NCBI GenBank assembly: GCA_013360215.1
Contig: JABWCP010000005.1
Span: 1-64,000 of the forward strand
Source of the DNA: a bacterium
Lineage (GTDB): Bacteria > CLD3 > SB21
Length of the DNA: 64,000 nucleotides
Reading direction: 5' to 3'
The translations under genes were made by a program, and so were the position numbers. Below the pieces are notes generated by a model. That model was given only the letters and a program-made list of their open reading frames with translations. It was not told the DNA's origin and searched no databases. Shown here in pieces: positions 47,383 to 56,663 of the stretch. Each line of letters opens with the position of its first letter. Within the stretch, counting starts at the first letter, position 1.

Positions 47383-47922
47383 TCAGTAAGTAAGTTCTAG
47401 TTTTTCATTCCAAGTAACACGACTATCTATGACGGCCCCGATTCGCTGAATTTCCGAATCCACGGACGATGGTTTTATATGGATCGTCTTGCGGCCATCT
47501 TTCAAACCCGTTTCTATTATAAATTTTTGCCCGTTCATCGGATTGTCAGTCAAAGATTCAAAATACTGCTCGCGGTACGCCGCAGGCGTGACATCTTTGA
47601 AATACTCGCTATACTCGGGAAATCGCATCAAGGCTTCGATCACCGGAGTAAAAACTTCGTCTGAAACTCTGTCTTTTCCTTTTTTATTAACGAAATCGAA
47701 TAATTTACCGTTATCGGATGTAAAAGACGAGTCGGAAGCAAAATATGCTTTTTGTACCGCCAACAAAGCCTTCATTTTAGCGCGTGTTAATCGAATTTTA
47801 TTTCGATCTGCTTTCTCGGCTTGCACGGGCGAAACCACACTCCACACTAAAAAAACAAACAGCAAAACAATAATTGTTTTGAGAATATAATCCGTGATGC
47901 GTGTTTTAGGAATGGATGCCAT
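47383..47922 (-). CDS. Membrane-anchored pilin-like hypothetical protein
   Basis: N-terminal TM then ...TRAKMKALLAVQKAYFASDSSFT.D...L, resembling the pilin alpha1-C helix. No G|FTLIE cleavage motif. Confidence 0.5.
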   Translation of the reverse strand: MASIPKTRITDYILKTIIVLLFVFLVWSVVSPVQAEKADRNKIRLTRAKMKALLAVQKAYFASDSSFTSDNGKLFDFVNKKGKDRVSDEVFTPVIEALMRFPEYSEYFKDVTPAAYREQYFESLTDNPMNGQKFIIETGLKDGRKTIHIKPSSVDSEIQRIGAVIDSRVTWNEKLELTY

Positions 47923-47925
47923 AAC

Positions 47926-48456
47926 TCAGTTAATATCTATGAATGGCCTAATTTTTTCAATGAGTTTCTTCCCGACACCTTTGACATTTTGAATATCTTC
48001 CAACTTAGAAAACGGCCCGTTTTTATTCCGGTATTCGATAATACGTGCCGCTATCTTAGGACCGACACCGGGAAGCGAACTTATTTCTTGCACATCCGCT
48101 TGATTGATTCGAACCACTCGTGCGGGCGCATCGTTTGTTTTTATTATAAACCGCTGGATCGAATCCCGAGCAACACCTTTACGGAATAATGTTTGCAACG
48201 TATCTTGGCGTGAAAACCATACTGAAACCGTGCTGTCATTTTCAGACTTCTGAGGATAAGGACGGGCCTTGCTCTTGGGATAAGGAACGGATGTAATTTC
48301 TATCGTGTCATCACGATACGTTTCTTTTATCAGACCGACCAATCCGCCCATCAGAGTTATTCCCGCCAGCACACAAAGAACAACGGCCTCCTGCCGTCTC
48401 AGACCAAAATATTCAAAAAATTTATAAGCGTTTTCGCCCCAATTCCTAAAATTCAT
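47926..48456 (-). CDS. comEA: ComEA family DNA-binding protein (helix-hairpin-helix)
   Basis: N-terminal TM, then IN.A...EI..LPGVGPKIA.RII.YR...GPF...EDI..VKGVG.K..EKI. Confidence 0.9.
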   Translation of the reverse strand: MNFRNWGENAYKFFEYFGLRRQEAVVLCVLAGITLMGGLVGLIKETYRDDTIEITSVPYPKSKARPYPQKSENDSTVSVWFSRQDTLQTLFRKGVARDSIQRFIIKTNDAPARVVRINQADVQEISSLPGVGPKIAARIIEYRNKNGPFSKLEDIQNVKGVGKKLIEKIRPFIDIN

Positions 48457-48483
48457 CCCCCAATTCCCCCGGCAACGGCATAA

Positions 48484-49620
48484 TTATGCCGTAAATGCTT
48501 CCTTTATTTTTTTAAAAAAACTCGTGTCATTACTATTCGGCGATCTAAAATTATCATAACCCATAAGTTCTTCGATAAGTCGGCGTTCTTTGTCGCTGAT
48601 CTTAGAAGGTGTGTGTACGGCGACACGAATCAATTGATCTCCGGAACCGGAACCATTGAGATGCGGAATGCCTTTGCCGCGCATGCGCAGTATTTTGCCG
48701 GATTGAATACCTCCCGGAATCGTTAACTTGGCTTTTCCAAATAGTGTCGGCACTTCCACTTCATCCCCTAAAACCGCTTGAGGGAACGTGATATTTACGT
48801 TGAGCAACACATCATCACCGTGCCGTTCGAAAATTTCATCTTCAATTTCTTCGAGAACGACAATCACATCGCCCGATTCCCCTCCATGCGGTGCGGCATG
48901 ACCTTGCCCCCGAAGCGGAATATAATTTCCTGTAGTGACACCGGCTGGAACTTTGACACTGATCACCGTTTCACCCATGGTCACTCCGTCACCCTTGCAG
49001 GTTGAGCAGGGTTTTTCAACTATAGTTCCCTGACCTTCGCAATTGCGGCACGCAGCAATATTCACAAATTGGCCGAATACCGATCGCGAAACTTGTCTTA
49101 CCTGACCCGAACCGTGACATACACTACACGTTTTTCGCGATGATCCGGCGGCTGCACCACTTCCGTTACAGGATTCACAGGACTTGCGTTTACGAAGCTT
49201 TATCTTTTTAGTAACCCCTTCGGCGATCTCCTGCAGCGTTAGTTTCAACTTAACTTCCAGATCAGCGCCGCGATTGGAACGGCTACTGCGCCCGCGCCCA
49301 CCGCCAAATGCATCACCGAAACCAAAGCCTTCGAAAATATCACTAAAGTGTGAAAAAATATCATTGATGTCGCTGAATCCTTGCTGACCCATGCCGCGCA
49401 TACCGTCATGACCAAAACGATCATATTGAGCGCGCTTTTGTTCATCGCTCAACACGGAATACGCTTCCGCAATCTCTTTAAATTTTTCTTCTGCGGACTT
49501 ATCTCCCGGATTTTTATCCGGATGATATTGCATCGCCAATTTGCGGTACGATTTCTTGATTTCATCCAACGAAGCGTTCTTGGAAACACTCAGCACTTCG
49601 TAGTAGTCGCGTTTAGCCAT
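48484..49620 (-). CDS. dnaJ: Molecular chaperone DnaJ
   Basis: J domain with HPD, G/F-rich region, four CxxCxGxG repeats, C-terminal domain. Confidence 0.98.
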   Translation of the reverse strand: MAKRDYYEVLSVSKNASLDEIKKSYRKLAMQYHPDKNPGDKSAEEKFKEIAEAYSVLSDEQKRAQYDRFGHDGMRGMGQQGFSDINDIFSHFSDIFEGFGFGDAFGGGRGRSSRSNRGADLEVKLKLTLQEIAEGVTKKIKLRKRKSCESCNGSGAAAGSSRKTCSVCHGSGQVRQVSRSVFGQFVNIAACRNCEGQGTIVEKPCSTCKGDGVTMGETVISVKVPAGVTTGNYIPLRGQGHAAPHGGESGDVIVVLEEIEDEIFERHGDDVLLNVNITFPQAVLGDEVEVPTLFGKAKLTIPGGIQSGKILRMRGKGIPHLNGSGSGDQLIRVAVHTPSKISDKERRLIEELMGYDNFRSPNSNDTSFFKKIKEAFTA

Positions 49621-49664
49621 ATTCCTTTATTCAAAAAAATGAATGTTAAATTCGGGTATTTAAA

Positions 49665-49683
49665 ACTTACGTGCACCGTAAGT
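49665..49683. promoter_or_regulatory. Inverted repeat upstream of dnaJ
   Basis: ACTTACG-TGCAC-CGTAAGT, 45 bp upstream of the start codon. Not a CIRCE. Confidence 0.35.
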
Positions 49684-49775
49684 CTTCAAAGAAATAAAAT
49701 CTTAGTAAGAACCGGTTATTAGATTAGAAGTTGAAAATCTTTTCATTAAGACAACAACCGAAGAACCGAACACCA

Positions 49776-50309
49776 TTACTCCATAATAATATCTATGATT
49801 TTATCTTCGTTCAGATTAAAATGTTTATCCTTCTTTTCTCCATTTTCTTCGTACTCGACAGCAAACACCTTATTGTATTCATCTTTGAGCGTGATGATGC
49901 CTTTGACCGAAACCCCGCGCCCCTTGATGACGTCGAAATATGAAACCGCAATATGATCACCGTGATCCAAAGCTTCCAGTAATTCGATGATCTGGGCTAC
50001 TTCCATAAACGTATTCTGCTGATTCTCATCGAGATCAATACTGATCGCTACGCGATCCAGTTTCACTATATCACCGACTTCAATATAAAACTCAATAGAT
50101 TCTCCGGAACCTTCCTCTACAAGCACAAAAGAAGTGAAATCCGTCGCCACGTGGCTTACGCGCCCGGAAACAGTCGAACGGCTTCCATCCCAATCCACAC
50201 GTTCGACGGTAGCACCATCGTTTACCGCTAACCCTTTGATAGCCACTTTGACCGCATCCGCATCCAACGCACCCGGACGCGTGTGTATTTTTTTCTTTCC
50301 AAAAAGCAT
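49776..50309 (-). CDS. Hypothetical acidic protein with two tandem small beta-barrel (YolD/SH3-like) repeats
   Basis: GGAGG RBS. The two halves share L...D...V...D..G....V.G.(V/I).......F....E..GE...F......I. Confidence 0.65.
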   Translation of the reverse strand: MLFGKKKIHTRPGALDADAVKVAIKGLAVNDGATVERVDWDGSRSTVSGRVSHVATDFTSFVLVEEGSGESIEFYIEVGDIVKLDRVAISIDLDENQQNTFMEVAQIIELLEALDHGDHIAVSYFDVIKGRGVSVKGIITLKDEYNKVFAVEYEENGEKKDKHFNLNEDKIIDIIME

Positions 50310-50349
50310 ATTTCAAAAACCTCCGTTATAAAGTACAATCATCTGACTT

Positions 50350-52800
50350 CTAAACTGCTTCGTGCGCCATTTCCACAAACGCCAATTCCCCATCACGCAG
50401 TTCAATAGACACAAGGCTTCCGTCCGAAAACTCACCTTTTAATATCTTTTCAGCAACAGCATCTTCGATATGTTTCTGGATTGCTCTGCGTAGCGGTCGG
50501 GCACCATACACCGGATCAAATCCTTTGGTGGCGACAAACTCTTTTGCCGCATCCGTCAGATGCAGTGTCATATTACGCTCTTTGAGTTTCTTACGAACGT
50601 CGTCCAGCGATACGTCAATAATACGAAGCACATGCTCTTTAGTCAGTGCGCGGAATACGATCACTTCATCAATACGGTTGAGAAATTCAGGATTAAAAAG
50701 CTTCTTGGTTGCCTCTTCTGCTTTGGCTTTCATACGCTGATATTCATCTTCACCGTTATCTTTGGTTGAGAAACCAAAACCGTCGGTCTTACTCATCTCC
50801 CGTGCGCCGACATTAGATGTCATGATAATCACGGTATTTTTAAAACTCACCTTGCGGCCAAGACTATCCGTGAGGATGCCGTCATCTAGAACTTGTAAAA
50901 GAATATTAAAAACATCCGGATGGGCTTTTTCGATTTCATCCATAAGTACGACGCTGTACGGTTTACGGCGAATTTTTTCCGTAAGCTGACCGCCTTCTTC
51001 GTAGCCGACATATCCCGGAGGCGGACCGACTAAACGGCTCACGGAAAATTTTTCCATATATTCCGACATATCAATACGCACCAACGCATCGGCATTTTCA
51101 AAAAGATAATAAGCCAATTCTTTGGCAAATTGTGTTTTTCCCACACCGGTCGGACCGAGGAAAATAAACGAACCGATAGGACGATTAGGATCTTTGAGTC
51201 CTGCACGGGTGCGGCGGATGGCGCGCGTTACCGACTGTATCGCATCATCTTGACCGATGATACGACTGCACAAAACATTTTCCATTTTGAGTAATTTTTC
51301 CGACTCGCTTTGTGCAACACGATTGACAGGAATACCCGTCATCATCGCAACTACGTGAGCAATCTGCTCTTCACCGACTTCGACGACTTGTGTATCCTCT
51401 TTCTTTTCCCATTCCTCTTTCGCCACGCGAAGCTGTTCCGTTAATCGTTTTTCGACATCACGCAACTCTGCGGCTTTTTCGAATTTTTGATTTTTTATAA
51501 CAAAATCTTTTTCCGTACGAACGCGTTCTATTTCCTGCTCAAGCGCAACAATTTCTTCCGGCACGACGATATTCATAATGTGCGTGCGGGAACCGGCTTC
51601 ATCCATCACATCAATCGCTTTATCGGGAAGATGGCGATCCGTGATGTAACGATCCGACAAACGAACGGCTTGCACCAGCGCTTCGTCCGTGTACGTGACG
51701 CGATGATGTTCTTCGTATTTGTGTTTTATTTGACGCAAAATTTCAAGGGTTTCTTCGACCGATGGGGGATCAACGATCACTTTTTGAAAGCGGCGTTCAA
51801 GCGCACCGTCTTTTTCAATATATTGACGATATTCATCCAGTGTGGTAGCGCCGATACACTGAAGTTCGCCGCGGGACAGCGCAGGCTTGAACATATTTGA
51901 TGCGTCCAAAGACCCACTTGCTCCGCCGGCCCCGACGATCGTATGCAGTTCGTCTATGAATAATATCACTTCCGTGGTTTTTTCCAGCTCACTCATGATC
52001 GCTTTGACGCGCTCTTCAAATTGGCCGCGGTATTTTGTACCGGCCACCAGCGCACCAACATCCAGAGTTACGATTCGTTTACCCAAAAGCACACGGGGAA
52101 CTTTTTTCTGAACGATACGCAGCGCCAGACCTTCGGCGATAGCTGTTTTCCCTACGCCGGGTTCGCCAATCAAAACAGGATTATTCTTTTTTCTGCGGGA
52201 TAGGATCTGTGCAACGCGTTCGATTTCTTCATCACGACCGATGATCGGATCAAGGCGATTTTCTTCGGCATACTGCGTGAGATCACGACCAAAGTGATCC
52301 AGGGCAGGTGTCTTACTTTTTTTAGGTTCCGGTTTTTTGGCTGTGGGATTCGTAGGAGTCTGCGTTCCGCTCATGATATTGGTCAGCTCCTTTCTTACCG
52401 TTTCGTAATCAATGTTGAACATGGATAAAACCTGCGCAGCAAGACAATCTTTTTCTTTGATCAACGCAAGTAAAAGATGTTCGGTACCGATAACATCCGA
52501 TTTAAAATTTTTGGCCTCCACGTACGTGGATTTCAAAATTTTTTCGGCTCGTTTGGTAAGCGGCGGATTACCGATGACCGTATTATCCGTTACCGGTTTT
52601 ACCATATCTTCGATAGCACGTTTCAGTTTTTCTAAATCCATAGCCAGATTTTTGAGCACTTTGACGGCGACGCCTTCGCCTTCGCGAATCAAACCCAATA
52701 AAAGATGCTCTGTACCGATATAATCGTGGCCGAGCCGGATGGCTTCTTCCTGCGATAATTTTACGACCAGTTGGACACGGCTGGAAAAATTATTTTTCAT
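50350..52800 (-). CDS. clpC: ATP-dependent Clp protease ATP-binding subunit ClpC
   Basis: Two Clp_N repeats (GTEHLLL), AAA1 [11 protein letters not shown] coiled coil, AAA2 [19 protein letters not shown], ClpP-docking GFGF. ATG at 52800 with a GGAG RBS. Confidence 0.96.
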   Translation of the reverse strand: MKNNFSSRVQLVVKLSQEEAIRLGHDYIGTEHLLLGLIREGEGVAVKVLKNLAMDLEKLKRAIEDMVKPVTDNTVIGNPPLTKRAEKILKSTYVEAKNFKSDVIGTEHLLLALIKEKDCLAAQVLSMFNIDYETVRKELTNIMSGTQTPTNPTAKKPEPKKSKTPALDHFGRDLTQYAEENRLDPIIGRDEEIERVAQILSRRKKNNPVLIGEPGVGKTAIAEGLALRIVQKKVPRVLLGKRIVTLDVGALVAGTKYRGQFEERVKAIMSELEKTTEVILFIDELHTIVGAGGASGSLDASNMFKPALSRGELQCIGATTLDEYRQYIEKDGALERRFQKVIVDPPSVEETLEILRQIKHKYEEHHRVTYTDEALVQAVRLSDRYITDRHLPDKAIDVMDEAGSRTHIMNIVVPEEIVALEQEIERVRTEKDFVIKNQKFEKAAELRDVEKRLTEQLRVAKEEWEKKEDTQVVEVGEEQIAHVVAMMTGIPVNRVAQSESEKLLKMENVLCSRIIGQDDAIQSVTRAIRRTRAGLKDPNRPIGSFIFLGPTGVGKTQFAKELAYYLFENADALVRIDMSEYMEKFSVSRLVGPPPGYVGYEEGGQLTEKIRRKPYSVVLMDEIEKAHPDVFNILLQVLDDGILTDSLGRKVSFKNTVIIMTSNVGAREMSKTDGFGFSTKDNGEDEYQRMKAKAEEATKKLFNPEFLNRIDEVIVFRALTKEHVLRIIDVSLDDVRKKLKERNMTLHLTDAAKEFVATKGFDPVYGARPLRRAIQKHIEDAVAEKILKGEFSDGSLVSIELRDGELAFVEMAHEAV

Positions 52801-52867
52801 ACTGACTCCATTCTGAAAAGGCCAAATAACAAAACTTATTATCGTTATTTTGAGCACAATTCAAAAA

Positions 52868-52896
52868 AATATAGAGATTCGGGCTACATTAGTCAA
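52868..52896 (-). promoter_or_regulatory. Sigma70-type promoter of clpC
   Basis: TTGACT-N17-TATATT. Confidence 0.65.
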
Positions 52897-53019
52897 GAAG
52901 TAATAATGTTAGAAAAATTACACACTTAGATGCGGGAAAAACCAATCATGAAACAACACAAAAAGACGATTAATTTGAAATCAGGGTAACAGAAAGAAAG
53001 ATTGATGAAATTGTTTTAA

Positions 53020-53865
53020 TTAACCCAAATAGTGCCGTAATACATGACTTCGCGAAGTGTGGCGCAGACGGCGAATCGCTTTTTCTTTGATTTGACGGAC
53101 ACGCTCACGCGTTAACTGAAAACGTATACCTATTTCTTCCAATGTCATCGGATGATCATTTTCGAGGCCGAAGTACAAACGTATCACTTCCGACTCACGT
53201 GCAGATAAACTGTCGAGCGCACGTTCGATTTCAATTTTCAAAGACTCGTTGACAAGATCGTGATCCGGCGGCGCCTGCTGCTCGTTTTCGATGACATCAA
53301 TCAGCGTATTATTATCTGAATCGTAAATCGGTTCATCAACCGAGATGTGCCGTCCGGACATTTGTAACGTATCGTGTACTTCGAGCTCGGAAATTTCCAA
53401 CTGCTCCGCGATCTCTTCGGCACTGGGTTCACGCTCGAATTCCTGTACCAAATCACTATACACGCGACCGATTTTATTAAGCGTTCCGATTTTATTGAGC
53501 GGAATACGAACGACGCGAGATTGTTCGGCAAGCGCCTGAAGTATGGCCTGACGAATCCACCATACGGCATAAGAAATAAACTTGAATCCGCGCGTTTCAT
53601 CAAATCGTTTCGCGGCTTTGATCAGTCCGATATTACCTTCGTTGATAAGGTCATTGAGAGAGAGGCCTTGACCTTGATATTGTTTGGCTACGCTGACGAC
53701 AAAACGGAGATTGGCTTTGGTCAGATGTTCGAGCGCCCGTTCATCACCCTCGCGTATGCGCTGTGCCAGCGCGATCTCTTCTTCGGATGTCAGGAGCGGT
53801 ACCGCGCCGATTTCCTGCAGATACTTGTCAATGAGATCATTATTGTGTTCGACATAATGAGCCAT
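53020..53865 (-). CDS. rpoD: RNA polymerase sigma factor RpoD/SigA family (short FCB type, no region 1.1)
   Basis: Region 1.2 [51 protein letters not shown] at 53865; the ORF is open from TTG 53871. May be a paralog rather than the primary sigma. Confidence 0.9.
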   Translation of the reverse strand: MAHYVEHNNDLIDKYLQEIGAVPLLTSEEEIALAQRIREGDERALEHLTKANLRFVVSVAKQYQGQGLSLNDLINEGNIGLIKAAKRFDETRGFKFISYAVWWIRQAILQALAEQSRVVRIPLNKIGTLNKIGRVYSDLVQEFEREPSAEEIAEQLEISELEVHDTLQMSGRHISVDEPIYDSDNNTLIDVIENEQQAPPDHDLVNESLKIEIERALDSLSARESEVIRLYFGLENDHPMTLEEIGIRFQLTRERVRQIKEKAIRRLRHTSRSHVLRHYLG

Positions 53866-53897
53866 AGACAACCTTCTTTCATTTTGTTGTACGATGG

Positions 53898-54161
53898 TTA
53901 ACGATCTATACGGTCTACAATTCCTATAATTGTTGCATCGGTAGGCGCTTTACGATCCAGAGGGATCGGCGCCTCACCCGATGTTACATAATAAACTAAT
54001 TCATTAGGCTGTCCGGCGCCTACCGAGTCGGTCGCCACGATCGGGCCGCCGACATGCTTCAATTCTGAATCCACCGGCTGGATGATCTGTAAACGGCACC
54101 CTTCGATAGAAGGATGTTTTTTAGTAGCCCAAACCGTGCCGATGATGCGCGCCATATTCAT
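53898..54161 (-). CDS. EutN/CcmL family microcompartment vertex (BMC-P) protein
   Basis: [20 protein letters not shown]...LV....SG.A, P.DA.IIGIVD. Confidence 0.92.
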   Translation of the reverse strand: MNMARIIGTVWATKKHPSIEGCRLQIIQPVDSELKHVGGPIVATDSVGAGQPNELVYYVTSGEAPIPLDRKAPTDATIIGIVDRIDR

Positions 54162-54523
54162 ATATGCTGCAAATTCTCGCGTGTGCGTTCGTTTTTGAGA
54201 TTCCCGGTATTTACGGTCGTTGCCGGCTCAAAAAGCATGATCTCCGTTTCTACGTCAGAAACCGGCCGGTGTTCCACACCGCGCGGCACGATGATAAATT
54301 CACCCGGATTGATGATTTCCGTTCGATCGCGAAATTCCATTTTCAAACAACCGCGAACCACGTAAAACATTTCGTCCTCATGATCATGATGATGCCAAAC
54401 AAATTCACCAGAAACTTTGACTAACTTGACATGCTGACCATTCAGTTCGCCCACGATACGCGGATGCCATGTATCGGAAAAAGTTTCAAACTTATCCGCG
54501 AGATTAATTTTATTTGAGATCAA
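54158..54523 (-). CDS. Cupin domain protein (mannose-6-phosphate isomerase-like)
   Basis: [36 protein letters not shown]. Confidence 0.9.
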   Translation of the reverse strand: MISNKINLADKFETFSDTWHPRIVGELNGQHVKLVKVSGEFVWHHHDHEDEMFYVVRGCLKMEFRDRTEIINPGEFIIVPRGVEHRPVSDVETEIMLFEPATTVNTGNLKNERTRENLQHI

Positions 54524-54789
54524 GGATGTACTTCCATTTTATCAACAATAGCCATAATAACCGCATCAACCGGCCGATTTTCTGTCGCTTCGGTTTGTCG
54601 TGCCGAACTGCCGGTGCAATACAGCACCACTTCACCGACGCCGGCCCCGACGGAATCGGCCGCCACCACGAAAGCGTCTTTTTCTTTGTAGTCCAATCCT
54701 ATACTGCGCACAATCAACAGCTTCACGCCCGTGAGTTTTTGGTCTTTCCGTGTGGCCCATACAGAACCTATAACTTTACCTAGAACCAT
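54520..54789 (-). CDS. EutN/CcmL family microcompartment vertex (BMC-P) protein
   Basis: [14 protein letters not shown]...[19 protein letters not shown]...GSSAR, PVDA.IMAIVD. Confidence 0.94.
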   Translation of the reverse strand: MVLGKVIGSVWATRKDQKLTGVKLLIVRSIGLDYKEKDAFVVAADSVGAGVGEVVLYCTGSSARQTEATENRPVDAVIMAIVDKMEVHP

Positions 54790-54795
54790 ATATTC

Positions 54796-56547
54796 CTAAT
54801 CTGCGCATGCAATGCGGCGCTCATTAAGTTTTTTAGCATTCACTAAAGCAACATTAGCACGGTGCATCAGTGCGTCGGCTTCAGTACCATCCGTACCATA
54901 TGTAACCACACCGACCGTTGCGGTCAACGGAATCTCTTCATCGCCGGAATGAATCACCGCCGATTCGAGCGCGTTGAGTATCCGGCCTGCACATTCTACC
55001 GCTTCTTTCCTTTTACTTTCTACAAGTAACACCCCAAATCGGTCGTGACTCAAACGAGCAAGGTTATCAATAAGCCGTATCCCATTTTTTAAAATTTCTG
55101 TTATTTTTTCAAGCGCTAAATCACCGGCTTCTACACCGAAAGCTTCATAAATATTCTTGACATAGTCTACCTGAAAAACCAGAACACTAAACGAAGTTTC
55201 AAATCTTTTAGCGCGATGTATCTCGGACACGACGTTTTTCATAAACGTTTGTTCCTCCGTTGCCGTATTGCGTTCGCCTTCGTTTGCGTTTTTAGATAAA
55301 TGCTGATCCAGAGCGATACGCGCCAATGCGAGTCCTGCGCTATTGCAGGCGGTTTCAAGAAACTGCACTTCATACACATCGTATGCGTTTTTTTGGCCTT
55401 GTTCGATCACCAGCACACCAAAACAATGGTCCTGATCACAGATCGGGATGACCACGACGGAAGCAAGGTAATTCAATTCCAATTCGCTGTTTACCGAAGT
55501 CCGGTCAATGGATGTCACATCGGATATATAAAGCCGACGCCGTTTCGTCATAACTTTTTCGATCATCGTACCGTCAAGCCGAACCATAGATTCTTTATCG
55601 TATACCGCGCTGCCACCGGCCTCCGCCAATCGTATTTCCTCCGCGCCATGTCGCAGCCATATATGCATACGATCAAAACGAAGCGTGTTTTGAATCTGTT
55701 CTTTCAGGCAAATCATCGTTTGCGTTTCCATACCCGCAAGGCTCAGGCGCTCGCTAAATTCGCGTAAACTCTGGGAAAGGCGGCGGAGCTTGTTTTTCAT
55801 ATACACGCCGTCAATACTTTGAATAGACAAAAGTATGAGGCGTCCGTACTGCTTGATCGCGTCAAACTCCTGTTCGGTTAACGCCGTGTCCGTAATACGA
55901 TCCACGCCAAGGAGACCGAGCACAGCACCTTTTCGCATCAACGGAATAATCACCAAATGTTTAACGGGTACTGCGGTACGATAATACGGAACGGGCGTCG
56001 TACCGGGTTCGCGCAAATCCATAACAAGTGATTCCTTGGTTTGAATCACCTGATGAAACGGCGCATAATCGCCGTATCGAAACGATTTTTCAGGTATAAA
56101 ATCACGGCTTTCACTTCGGAAACTTTGCGGTAAACATTCGCCGCTATCGTCATGGCATAGATACAAAAAGGTAGAATGGGCTTGCAATGTATCGTGCATG
56201 ATAGCGATCACGCCATCCGCTGTCTGATTGAACATAAGCGAAGCCTGCGTATCATCCAGTATTTCCATCGCGTGATCTTCTTCGCGAACGATCGACCCGG
56301 AAGCGGTTTCCACGGTATGCGGGTGCGTGACGGGGCGTCGTATCGTATTGCCGGAGACTTTATATTTTTCAACCGGTTTTTCACGACGAGCGGCGATCCA
56401 TCGTGCAGCTATCACAAAGGCGGCCAGAACGACAGCACCCATGATCAATGTAATGGCCGTATTAAAAAAAACCGACGCGAGGATGACTCCCGAAATGAAA
56501 ACGAGGAGGAATGCCGAAATGCGCAGGACGTAGGAAGTAAAGGGCAT
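54796..56547 (-). CDS. Membrane protein with two GAF domains and a degenerate GGDEF domain (PelD-like architecture)
   Basis: Two N-terminal TMs, two GAF cores (IIPL....VLGLL.VD; VIPI.....FGVL), E..RAKR...FS.L..VD..K....FG...GD, active site reads SHDRF, I-site RLID. Confidence 0.85.
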   Translation of the reverse strand: MPFTSYVLRISAFLLVFISGVILASVFFNTAITLIMGAVVLAAFVIAARWIAARREKPVEKYKVSGNTIRRPVTHPHTVETASGSIVREEDHAMEILDDTQASLMFNQTADGVIAIMHDTLQAHSTFLYLCHDDSGECLPQSFRSESRDFIPEKSFRYGDYAPFHQVIQTKESLVMDLREPGTTPVPYYRTAVPVKHLVIIPLMRKGAVLGLLGVDRITDTALTEQEFDAIKQYGRLILLSIQSIDGVYMKNKLRRLSQSLREFSERLSLAGMETQTMICLKEQIQNTLRFDRMHIWLRHGAEEIRLAEAGGSAVYDKESMVRLDGTMIEKVMTKRRRLYISDVTSIDRTSVNSELELNYLASVVVIPICDQDHCFGVLVIEQGQKNAYDVYEVQFLETACNSAGLALARIALDQHLSKNANEGERNTATEEQTFMKNVVSEIHRAKRFETSFSVLVFQVDYVKNIYEAFGVEAGDLALEKITEILKNGIRLIDNLARLSHDRFGVLLVESKRKEAVECAGRILNALESAVIHSGDEEIPLTATVGVVTYGTDGTEADALMHRANVALVNAKKLNERRIACAD

Positions 56548-56584
56548 TAGTTTATTTCAACACAATCTTGTGTTAGTTCGGCAA

Positions 56585-56613
56585 AACTTAACCCCTTTGC
56601 CTAAAAAAGTCAA
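56585..56613 (-). promoter_or_regulatory. Putative sigma70 promoter of the GAF-GGDEF/BMC-P operon
   Basis: TTGACT-N17-TAAGTT. Confidence 0.55.
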
Positions 56614-56663
56614 CGCATTTGCTGAAAGAAACGATGGGATTGGAATACGACAGAGAAACGGTT

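Noticed and set aside
49665-49683. CIRCE element upstream of dnaJ
   Set aside because: It does not match TTAGCACTC-N9-GAGTGCTAA.
54796-56547. Active diguanylate cyclase
   Set aside because: The GG(D/E)EF motif and metal-binding residues are absent.
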